A stretch of 64,000 nt of DNA from an uncultured Acidobacteriota bacterium (GTDB taxonomy: Bacteria; Acidobacteriota; Polarisedimenticolia; Polarisedimenticolales; DASRJG01). Numbering within the stretch: the first letter of the stretch is position 1; the number at the start of each line of letters is the position of its first letter. Below are positions 26,753-34,394 of the stretch, in pieces. Both the position numbers and the translations under genes were made by a program. The notes beneath the pieces were generated by a model, which did no database searches, was not told the DNA's origin, and saw only the letters and a list, made by a program, of their open reading frames with translations. The stretch spans positions 5,198 to 69,197 of the forward strand of contig CAZUGP010000058.1 of the NCBI GenBank assembly GCA_964619965.1. The letters run 5' to 3'.

Positions 26753-27013
26753 ATGACCCACAAGACTGCCGCGGAGGTTGGCGCGAATCTCCCCGAGAAC
26801 CTCAAGAGCGTCGAAGCAACTGGCGAGCCCGTCGCTATCGAAACCGACGGCCGCACGGTGGCGGTCCTCATATCTGCCGAGGACTTCGTGCTGTTGGAGC
26901 GGCTCCGCGGAGAGGAAGAGGACCGGCTCGACAACGCGGCGGTGGACGCCGCTCGCGACGAGCCGGGTGAAAATATTCCCTGGGAGCGCATCAAAGCCGA
27001 CCTCGGACTCTGA
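26753..27013 (+). CDS. type II antitoxin, Phd/YefM family (paralog of 22029..22289; orphan)
   Basis: 86 aa. By my position-by-position count, 69 of 86 residues are identical to the first copy. The downstream toxin is reduced to a stub. Confidence 0.85.
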   Translation: MTHKTAAEVGANLPENLKSVEATGEPVAIETDGRTVAVLISAEDFVLLERLRGEEEDRLDNAAVDAARDEPGENIPWERIKADLGL

Positions 27014-27016
27014 CGG

Positions 27017-27079
27017 GTGGCCTATCGGATCGCGTTGCTTCCGGCCGCTCTGCGCGACATCAACAGCCTATCCCGCAAG
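27017..27079 (+). pseudogene. 5' stub of a RelE/ParE toxin gene (about 21 homologous codons)
   Basis: GTG 3 nt after the antitoxin stop, then VAYRIALLPAALRDINSLSRK, which aligns with MLYRIEWRPVARRQLRKLPTA of the intact toxin. Homology ends at the RBS and start of the N-acetyltransferase gene. Confidence 0.6.
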
Positions 27080-27090
27080 CGGAGGACGCG

Positions 27091-27870
27091 ATGCGGGTGG
27101 ATGCGTACCTCGATCGTATCGGTTACGAGGGCCCGAGGGTCAAGACGGCGGAGACCCTGACGCAGCTCCATCGCGCCCAGATGCTTTCAGTCCCGTTCGA
27201 GAACCTGGACATCCACCTCGGCATCCCGATCGGCCTATCGGTGTCGGACTTCTACGCGAAGATCGTGACGCGCCGGCGCGGGGGATACTGCTACGAGCTC
27301 AACGGACTGTTCGCGTGGCTGCTGTCCGAGTTAGGGTTTCGCGTGTCGCTGCTTTCCGGGCGCGTCGTCTCTTCGGGGCAGCTCAGCCCGGAGTTCGACC
27401 ACCTGCTCCTTCTCGTCGAGCACGACGGCCAGTGGATCGCAGATGTCGGATTCGGTGACTCGTGCCTGGAGCCGCTCCGCGTGGATCCCGCTCTCGATGA
27501 CGAGCAGAACGGGAGTGGGTACTCGATCGCGCATGCGGAGGGCGCGTGGACGGTACGGAGACGCCGTGAGCAGGCCTGGGAGCCTCAGTACATGTTTTCG
27601 CTGACCCCACGACGCCTCGACGAATTCGCGGCGAGGAACTGGTTCCAGCAGACCTCTCCGGAGTCGCACTTCACGCGGAGCACGATCTGCTCCCTGGCGA
27701 TGCGCACCGGCCGCATCAGCCTGTCGGGCCGACGGCTCATCGTCACCACCGGGGATTGTCGGGAGGACCGGGAGGTACGCAGCGTGGAGGAGTACCGGGG
27801 CCTTTTGATGAGCGAGTTCGGAATCGCGCTCGGTGAGCGGGACGCTGATGTTCTCTTCGGTGATCCTTAG
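27091..27870 (+). CDS. arylamine N-acetyltransferase (NAT)
   Basis: MRVDAYLDRIGYEG...LSVPFENLDIH, catalytic Cys block RRGGYCYELN, His/Asp blocks FDHLLLLV and ADVGFGD. GGAGGA RBS. Confidence 0.9.
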   Translation: MRVDAYLDRIGYEGPRVKTAETLTQLHRAQMLSVPFENLDIHLGIPIGLSVSDFYAKIVTRRRGGYCYELNGLFAWLLSELGFRVSLLSGRVVSSGQLSPEFDHLLLLVEHDGQWIADVGFGDSCLEPLRVDPALDDEQNGSGYSIAHAEGAWTVRRRREQAWEPQYMFSLTPRRLDEFAARNWFQQTSPESHFTRSTICSLAMRTGRISLSGRRLIVTTGDCREDREVRSVEEYRGLLMSEFGIALGERDADVLFGDP

Positions 27871-28143
27871 CTACTTGGTGTCGCGGCCGTACGGCACGCA
27901 TCCCGTCGCGCAGGCGACGTACGCGTAGCAAGAGTTGCTGTACACGTGGCCGTCGCTGCAGATCACCGGGTCCCACAAAGCGAAACAAGCAATGCCTTTT
28001 CGCGGGCAGCCGCTCCCAGCCCCGCCACCGCCGCGAGCGGGCTTGGCCGCCGCGGCCGGGCTCGTGGCGAGGAGCGTGAGCACGCCGAACACGAACACGC
28101 CGAGTAGACTCGCCAGGAGTGTTCCTCGAAGAAGCTTTCTCAC
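27871..28143 (-). CDS. small secreted Kazal-like cysteine-rich protein (90 aa)
   Basis: GTG start preceded by AAGGAGGA. Signal peptide VRKLLRGTLLASLLGVFVFGVLTLLATSPAAAA. The mature part has 6 Cys, with DPVICSDGHVYSNSCYAYVAC resembling the Kazal core PVCG.DG.TY.N.C. Confidence 0.65.
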   Translation of the reverse strand: MRKLLRGTLLASLLGVFVFGVLTLLATSPAAAAKPARGGGGAGSGCPRKGIACFALWDPVICSDGHVYSNSCYAYVACATGCVPYGRDTK

Positions 28144-28423
28144 CGGGTCCTCCTTGTGAAAGGTGATTCGAATTCTACCCGGGCATTCAAGATGCGGCAT
28201 GCCGACGAAAAGCGCTTGCGACGGGGAGCAGCATTCCGCTTTCCCAGCCCGCGCATTTCGCGATACTTTCGTCGATTTCCGGTGGCCGGAACCACGGAAG
28301 GGGAGTCGATCGTCGATCCTGGCCGATCCTAGGAGGCCGTTTTCCTGGGGAGAGGCCTGCCGGCACGCTCGAATCGCCGTACCGCGACAAAAACATCGCC
28401 GATTTGACCTTTCACCGGCGAGA

Positions 28424-29140
28424 TCACTGGACCAAGCTCTCCAAGCGCCCGACATACCTAGACGTGTGCGCCGTGCGGCTTAGCACTCTGCGCAGTGATC
28501 CTCGCCACGCTTCGCGGCCTTCCTTGACGAGGAACACGGTCATCGCGAGAGCGCCGACGGGGTCCGCCCACCACCATCCGAACATCGTGTTCAATGCGAC
28601 GCTCGACAACGTGATGAGCGATAACCAAAAACACGCCGTCGCCTGAAACGCGTCGGCTTCGAGGGCGCGACTCTCCAGCGCCGTTGCGGCCCGCCGTTTC
28701 GCGCGCGCAAGCCAGAACATCACGCCCAGGGAGATCGACGTCAATCCGATTCCGACGACGCTCGGTTGCGGCCGTGCATGCGTCCAGAGCGTCCACACCG
28801 CGTCGCCGGCAACATACGCGGCCAGCAGGAACAGTGATCCCGCGACCAGCCGATGGGCGGTTCGGTCGAGGCGTTCGATCGCCGCCGGGCTCGCGGTCCG
28901 TCGTTCCGCCGTCAGACGCCAGATCAGCACCGCGCCCGAGGCACTCTCGACGAGACTGTCGAGGCCGAATCCCAGGAGCGCCACGCTGCCCGATGCCAGC
29001 GCGGCCGCCACGCCGACGCCCGCTTCGATGAGACACCAACCGACGGTCAGGTATTCGAGCCGCAGCGCCCGCGCAATGAAAAACGTCCTCTGGCCAGTTG
29101 GTGGGGTCGCATCTGCGGGTCGCGCTTCGGTCATCGACAC
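28424..29140 (-). CDS. cation diffusion facilitator-like membrane protein (TMD-only)
   Basis: Six hydrophobic segments with acidic residues in TM2 and TM5-like positions (GFGLDSLVES, ALEADAFQ), followed by ADPVGAL...KEGREAWRG. The exact 3' end is uncertain. Confidence 0.65.
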   Translation of the reverse strand: MSMTEARPADATPPTGQRTFFIARALRLEYLTVGWCLIEAGVGVAAALASGSVALLGFGLDSLVESASGAVLIWRLTAERRTASPAAIERLDRTAHRLVAGSLFLLAAYVAGDAVWTLWTHARPQPSVVGIGLTSISLGVMFWLARAKRRAATALESRALEADAFQATACFWLSLITLSSVALNTMFGWWWADPVGALAMTVFLVKEGREAWRGSLRRVLSRTAHTSRYVGRLESLVQ

Positions 29141-29518
29141 AACCTCCGGAGCCTAGTCCCCACTACCGTAGCCTAGCTGGGGTATTCAGGAACCTCCCGA
29201 AGGCGGCGCGCGTAGAACACGGCAGCAGCGGCCCGCGCGCAACGGGCGAGGGAGATGCATGAGAATCGTCGTCATCGCCGTCGTGTGGACCCTCACGACG
29301 ATCGCAGGGTCGGCGGCGCCAGGCGGGAATACGAGATTGCGTTGCAGAAGGACCCGAATCGGGAGTCGGTGCAGAACAAGCTGAAGCGGTACAAAGTGTG
29401 AGCGCACTGCGATCGGGTAACGGATGAAAGTGCTAGCCATCCATGGTGGTTCCGAAATTGTCCACCCCGGGATGACTCCCGGTGGAGTGCACAAACGCCG
29501 GCAGGCGTGGCCACGGCG

Positions 29519-29960
29519 CTACGTGCTCTTCGGCCGAATCTTCCCGCCCAGAAAATCGCCAAGAACTGTGACGACTCCGAGTTCGCGCGCCCAGTGCTCG
29601 AGATAGCCACGGTCCAACTCGGCGCCCTGGACCGCCACGATGCCTGCCGCGTCGCCGAGTTGCCTCTCGGATGGCGTGATGTGATTCCAATAAAGCTTGT
29701 GAAGGAGCGTGTCCTCGGCGGTCGCGATCCACGCCGGCTCTCCGAACAAGGTCACCCGCAGGCGTCGCGCGAACATATTCTCCTCGAACGGAACCCGCCG
29801 GAGCATCCAGAAATCGACCTTGAGCGCGGACCGCCGATCGATCGCGTTGAACATATGGTTGCTTCGAAACGCGCCGCGCACGGAGGCCGCTTCGAGGGCA
29901 CGGAAGACCGATCCCGTTGAGCCGCCGCAGGCAATCGGCGAGGAGCTCGCGCTCAGTCAA
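29519..29960 (-). pseudogene. nucleotidyltransferase-like gene remnant (frameshifted, internally deleted)
   Basis: A TTG at 29960 overlaps the upstream stop and gives LTERELLADCLRRLNGIGLP in one frame. The 120-aa ORF (GTG at 29881) continues in another frame: FRSNHMFNAIDRRSALKVDFW...AEDTLLHKLYW...SERQLGDAAGIVAVQGAELDRGYLEHWARELGV. The segment expected to carry the GS...D.D nucleotidyltransferase motif is absent. Confidence 0.45.
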
Positions 29961-30186
29961 CGGGGTCACCGGCCTGGCGTTCCCCCTGTCCGCGAATGAG
30001 AGCAAGGCGGGCACGCAGCTGGCGTTCGACCTCGGCGTCGTCGGCATTCGGGCGCCGCGAGCGGATTCCCTCTCGTGCCACATCGCACGCGAGCTCGTGG
30101 AGGGAAAGCGCTATCCCGAGGCGCTGTTCGCCGGTCATCCGTCGGTACCTGGCGATCTGTTCCTCGAGCGCGGCTTGCGGGTTCAT
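29953..30186 (-). CDS. hypothetical small helical protein (77 aa), upstream partner of the nucleotidyltransferase-like remnant
   Basis: MNPQAALEEQIARYRRMTGEQRLGIALSLHELACDVAREGIRSRRPNADDAEVERQLRARL. Its stop overlaps the TTG of the downstream remnant. Confidence 0.55.
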   Translation of the reverse strand: MNPQAALEEQIARYRRMTGEQRLGIALSLHELACDVAREGIRSRRPNADDAEVERQLRARLALIRGQGERQAGDPVD

Positions 30187-30260
30187 CGAGTCATTCTACT
30201 ACCCGCGATGGAAGGTGGTGCTCCGCTGTATCATCGTCGCTACGGAGATCATCCAATCCC

Positions 30261-32729
30261 GTGAGGCCCGCGATCTTTGTGCTTGGGCTGGTCTTGTTGC
30301 TGCCCGCGAGGGCGGCGACGGTTGTGGTGTCGGTTCGGGAGCGAGGAGCCGGGCCGATAGCCGAACAGCGGGTCGTCATCGAGCCCACCGGCACTCCCGG
30401 CGGGCTTCCGACATGGAATCGCGCTCGGATTCAGTTGCGCGTCACTGGAGCGGACGGGAAGGCCGTCTTCGAGCAGATCCCGGTCGGACGTTACACGCTC
30501 AACCTCGAGGGGATCGCTCAGCCGGGCCTGATCAACCCCGCGGCGAATCCGCTCGCCCCGCCGCCACAGATCACGATCGCCGCGGACGGAGACAAGGTCC
30601 AGGTTGAGATCGAGGTCTGGCGGGGGAGTCTCCTCCGCGCCGAAGTTCTTGTGGACCGCGCCAACATTCCGCGGGGTGCCAAGGTGGTCTTGCGAAGCCT
30701 CGACGGGCAGCCCACGGCAGATCTCCGCCTCGATGCTCAGGGGCGCGTCGAACGGCTTCTTCTCCCGGGACGCTATGAGGCGGAGCTCGCAATCCCGCCG
30801 GGGTATCTGTTGATGGATCTCGTCTGGAACGGAGAGTCCCTTCCCGGCCACGTCGCCCGCTTCGATGTCCGCGAGGACCCACGCCCGCAGAACGTGAGCT
30901 GGTACCTGAGCACGCCATGCCTGATCACCGGCAAGGTGGCGGACGCCTCCGGAGAATGCCCCGTCCAGCTGGTCGCCACCCTGAAGCAGCCCGGCCCGTG
31001 GATCGTCGCGGCGACGCAGCGAGGTGGATCCACCTTTCAGTTGGTGCCCCATCAAGAATGGGTCGCAAACAGCAAATGCATTTACCGCCTCTGGCTGCCC
31101 GACGGCCAATGGATCGTGCAGCCGCAAGGCGAGTACTTGCTGACCGCAGAGCCCGCATCGGCCGACGTCACGATCGCGCCCGGCGAAACGCGAACGCTCG
31201 ACTTCCAGCTCGAGACGAAAGAAGGCGACGGCCTCAAGAAGGGCCAGCCTCTCATTGTCAGCGTCCGTTCGCCTGAGGGCTGGGGAATCGTAGGAGCGGT
31301 CGTCGAAATCTGGCCACCAGACGAAGACACGCTCTCGGCCACCCCAGTCAGAACCGGTAAGACGGAAGGGTACGCGGGATCCGTGTCGTTTCGGGACCTC
31401 GCCGCCGGAAACTACCGAGTGGCTGCGGGGGCCGACGACTTCCTCGAAGGAACCGCCACGGTGGAGGATTACAACCCGAAAGCGAAGGAACCGACAAGCG
31501 TCACGGTGACGCTGCGCGCAGGCGCCAAGCTGCACGCGCGCGCTGTGGATGACAGGGACCGTCCGGTCCAAGGCGTGGAGCTGAGCTACACGCGCCTCTC
31601 GCCACTCCCCAAGTTGGCCCTCGCCAACGAGGGCATCGCGGCGAAAAAGCGACAGGGCACAGGGCTCTCCGACGTCACGGGGCACATCGAGATTCCGGGT
31701 CTCTACACCGGCGATTACCGCGTCCTAGCCCGCATGACGGGGGAGCAAGCCGCAACCCGCTTCGTCGTCCTTCGACAGGGCGGCGCGAAACACACCCGCT
31801 CGATCGAGGTGCGTCTCAACGAGGGCGAGCGCTCCGACGTGGATCTTCTCGTGCTGCCCGCGGCGAGTCTCTCCGGGCGCCTGGCCTGCGCAGACCGCGG
31901 CACGATGCCGCCGAAGGTATCGTTCCGGATCTTTCCGGCAGGCTCGCGCGTTGAAAACCTCTGGACCGAGAAGGAACTCAAGGCGGACGCGGCGAGCGCA
32001 CAAGACGACGTGGTGCTGCGCGGGGATGGAGCGGATCTCTTCCACTTGGGACCCTTGCCGCTGGGCGAGTATCACGTGGCCGCCCGTCCCGACGGCCAGG
32101 TCTACTGGAGCTGGGCGTCGAACGAGCTCGTGCCGGATCGCGCGACGGTCTTTCCGGTCGCCGAAGCCGCGACCCTGGATACGGGGGTCGTCGAGATCGA
32201 GTGTGGGCCGCTCGTGGCCGTGGTGCCGGACATCCTGTCCAAGGAGCCGGTACCCGATCTGCATCTCGGCGCCGTGCGCGCGACATTGCGTCGATCATCC
32301 GACAAGAAGAATCCGCGAAGCGTAAGCGCGGACGTCGAGGTGCACGCCGCCCGCGCGTTCCTCCGCCGACTGCAGGAAGGCAAGTTCATGACAGCGGTAA
32401 CCGTGGAGCACCCGTACCTGATCCCGCCGTCGATCTCCGTGCCGGAGCGGGAGCTCCCGCTCACTCGTGGAAGCTTCGCCGAGATCCACGTGGACTTCGA
32501 CCGGCTCGGAGGGTTGGTGGACGTGCGGGGAGACGGAAAGGTCGCGCGCATGACACCCGAAGAAGGGAGCCCGGTGGTCCGCGCCGTAGCAAGCCAAAAG
32601 GCCACCTTCCCCGGGACGCCTCCCGGCACCTACCGCGTCGAACTGTGCGGCGATCCCGATTGCGCTTCCGTGACCGCCGCATGGAAGGGCGTTGTCGTGC
32701 GGGCGGGGAGGACGACGTTCTTGCCGTGA
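30261..32729 (+). CDS. large secreted protein built from repeated carboxypeptidase-regulatory-like / Ig-like domains
   Basis: GTG start gives the signal peptide VRPAIFVLGLVLLLPARA. At least seven repeats follow the pattern ...G.A/V.F..(I/L)P.G.Y.(L/V)... (for example GKAVFEQIPVGRYTLNL, FRDLAAGNYRVAAG, GLYTGDYRVLAR, LPLGEYHVAAR, PPGTYRVELC). Confidence 0.75.
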   Translation: MRPAIFVLGLVLLLPARAATVVVSVRERGAGPIAEQRVVIEPTGTPGGLPTWNRARIQLRVTGADGKAVFEQIPVGRYTLNLEGIAQPGLINPAANPLAPPPQITIAADGDKVQVEIEVWRGSLLRAEVLVDRANIPRGAKVVLRSLDGQPTADLRLDAQGRVERLLLPGRYEAELAIPPGYLLMDLVWNGESLPGHVARFDVREDPRPQNVSWYLSTPCLITGKVADASGECPVQLVATLKQPGPWIVAATQRGGSTFQLVPHQEWVANSKCIYRLWLPDGQWIVQPQGEYLLTAEPASADVTIAPGETRTLDFQLETKEGDGLKKGQPLIVSVRSPEGWGIVGAVVEIWPPDEDTLSATPVRTGKTEGYAGSVSFRDLAAGNYRVAAGADDFLEGTATVEDYNPKAKEPTSVTVTLRAGAKLHARAVDDRDRPVQGVELSYTRLSPLPKLALANEGIAAKKRQGTGLSDVTGHIEIPGLYTGDYRVLARMTGEQAATRFVVLRQGGAKHTRSIEVRLNEGERSDVDLLVLPAASLSGRLACADRGTMPPKVSFRIFPAGSRVENLWTEKELKADAASAQDDVVLRGDGADLFHLGPLPLGEYHVAARPDGQVYWSWASNELVPDRATVFPVAEAATLDTGVVEIECGPLVAVVPDILSKEPVPDLHLGAVRATLRRSSDKKNPRSVSADVEVHAARAFLRRLQEGKFMTAVTVEHPYLIPPSISVPERELPLTRGSFAEIHVDFDRLGGLVDVRGDGKVARMTPEEGSPVVRAVASQKATFPGTPPGTYRVELCGDPDCASVTAAWKGVVVRAGRTTFLP

Positions 32730-32732
32730 GAA

Positions 32733-32778
32733 TTGGAGCCGGCACCCAGACTTGAACTGGGGACCTGCTGATTACGAA
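32733..32778. repeat. 46-nt perfect copy of the 3' part of tRNA-Thr(CGU) (att-like, distal copy)
   Basis: ttggagccggcacccagacttgaactggggacctgctgattacgaa is identical to 35067..35112. Cross-checked through the shared RNQQVPSSSLGAGS translation of two minus-strand track ORFs. No acceptor 5' strand or D-arm follows, so it is not a tRNA gene. Confidence 0.9.
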
Positions 32779-32980
32779 GTGGCCTGTTACCGGGTGATAA
32801 CGCTCGGAACGGCGACATGTCTCAAAGGCGCTGGGCGTAATTTGGGCACAACGAAACGGCGAGCGAAGCCCAAAGCACGCGGGCTCGTCTACCCGCCCGG
32901 ACGATGTCACCGCCTTGACTCCGGAGTTGTCTGAGGGAACGTTTCGAGAGGCCGATCCGCTTTCGCCTGGGGAGAATTCC

Positions 32981-34309
32981 ATGCCTCGATCAGCCGTGCG
33001 CGTCCTCCGGTTCTCGCTTGTGGCGTTCGGGATCATCGCCTTGATTCCCCCCTCGTTTTCGGGGCCGAAGGTGCCGGTGCCGAGGATCGTCCAGCCTCCC
33101 GACCGGTTCTTCCAGGAGGGCAGCAACCTGGCGGTAGACGTGGGGTACGACGGAGCGGACAACGGGTCGAAGCAACGTCGCTCGGACATGTCGATTCAGC
33201 TGATCGTTGACGGAGCCCTGATCGAGCAGCGAACCTTGCCATCGGACAGCGAGGTCAGCACCTTCACGGTTCCCGTCAACGCCGAAGACCCGATCAGCTT
33301 GATCCAGGTCTGTATCCAGCAAGGGAGCTCAGGATCCGACAATCGGGTGTGTCGACAAGTGCGAGCAGCAGGGATCGGGGATTTCGACCGCGTCCGTCGC
33401 TCGCTGGAAGAGATGAACGAGATTTCCGACGCCGTGGTGCGTTACTCCGTCTTGCGACTCGGGTATCGCGGCGTTCCACAATCGCTCGAACAGCTTGTTC
33501 CGGATTTTCTCGACCGCGTGCCATCGGCCAGTCCGTTCTCCACGCCCTACCAGTACACGGCCACCGATGAGCACTTCACGCTTCGCCTCGTGATTCCCGG
33601 TCGCGTCGAGATCCGCAACGAAGATGGCACGTTCACGAATCTGCCTAGGGGAGCGATCACGGTTCGTGAAGCGGCCCGACTTACACGGCAGCAACTCGTG
33701 GAGCTTGCCCAGTCGGTGGAGTCGTATCGCGTCGACTACAACCGCTTCCCGGAACGGATCGAGGACTTGGCCCCCATCTACCGGCGATTCATACCCGTGG
33801 TGGATCCCTACGGGCATCCCTATGTGTTTTCACTCGCACCCGATGCGTACGTACTGACTGGTCTGGGGAGGGATGGGCTGCCGGGGGGCGAGGGGTTCGA
33901 TGCGGACAGCAAAGTGACCAACGGCATGCAGCTCGTGGCGACGACGCCCTACCGGGGCCGCTACGAGTATCTTCGACGCACATTCATGGACATGTCTCAG
34001 GTCTCGGCGGCGTTGTCGTATTTCCAGGAACAGACCGGAACGTGGCCGAACTCGCTTTCTGAGCTTGTGGGCGGCCCATGGTTCTCGTGGCCGCGTGTGT
34101 TCTCAGACGACTGCGGGAACCCGTACGACTACCACGTGTTCGACACTGGTTTCGGTAATCGGGAGTACCGACTTCGGGCGTTTGGATGCAATGGCGTTCC
34201 GTACACCGATCCGTTCGAGAGCCTCTTGTACTTCTCGGCGGACACTGCCGGATACGTCTCGGCGCCGGGGTGGAGATTCGCCTATCGCTGGCCGGGGCTG
34301 TTTGACTGA
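32981..34309 (+). CDS. signal-anchored protein with three tandem GspG-like (type II secretion pseudopilin globular) modules
   Basis: Start MPRSAVRVLRFSLVAFGIIALIPPSFS with a GGGGAGAA RBS. Modules end in SPFSTPYQYTATDEHFTLRLV, VDPYGHPYVFSLAPDAYVLTGLGRDGLPGGEGFDAD and DDCGNPYDYHVFDTGFGNREYRLRAFGCNG. Compare the T2SS-G pattern DPWG.PY.Y....Y.L.S.G.DG..GG.G.D.D. There is no prepilin G/FTLIE leader. Confidence 0.7.
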   Translation: MPRSAVRVLRFSLVAFGIIALIPPSFSGPKVPVPRIVQPPDRFFQEGSNLAVDVGYDGADNGSKQRRSDMSIQLIVDGALIEQRTLPSDSEVSTFTVPVNAEDPISLIQVCIQQGSSGSDNRVCRQVRAAGIGDFDRVRRSLEEMNEISDAVVRYSVLRLGYRGVPQSLEQLVPDFLDRVPSASPFSTPYQYTATDEHFTLRLVIPGRVEIRNEDGTFTNLPRGAITVREAARLTRQQLVELAQSVESYRVDYNRFPERIEDLAPIYRRFIPVVDPYGHPYVFSLAPDAYVLTGLGRDGLPGGEGFDADSKVTNGMQLVATTPYRGRYEYLRRTFMDMSQVSAALSYFQEQTGTWPNSLSELVGGPWFSWPRVFSDDCGNPYDYHVFDTGFGNREYRLRAFGCNGVPYTDPFESLLYFSADTAGYVSAPGWRFAYRWPGLFD

Positions 34310-34394
34310 CGAAGACCCGGGGCGTTTCCTCTCCTCCACGACCCGCGGTGATGCCATAATCGCGCGAGACTTCACCGAGAAAGGGGAGGCCAGG

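Noticed and set aside
28144-28423. 280-bp gap upstream of the Kazal-like gene, considered as a possible sRNA or riboswitch
   Set aside because: I could not recognise a conserved riboswitch core or a convincing structured element by eye. It probably holds the promoter and 5' UTR of the Kazal-like gene and the 3' UTR of the CDF-like gene.
30249-31685. 478-aa minus-strand ORF
   Set aside because: Antisense to the large secreted repeat protein. No motifs, and shadow-like composition.
32733-32810. Possible second tRNA-Thr gene or tRNA pseudogene
   Set aside because: Only the 3' 45 nt (anticodon loop to CCA) are present. The adjacent sequence (gtggcctgttaccgggtgataacgc...) cannot form the acceptor 5' strand or D-arm. 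I interpret it as an att-type duplicate, reported as a repeat.
32965-32983. Shared GGAGAATTCCATG string upstream of and including the start codons at 32981 and 43102
   Set aside because: It is a 13-nt match comprising an SD-like GGAGA plus an EcoRI site and the ATG. It is too short, and explainable as RBS context, so I did not treat it as a repeat.
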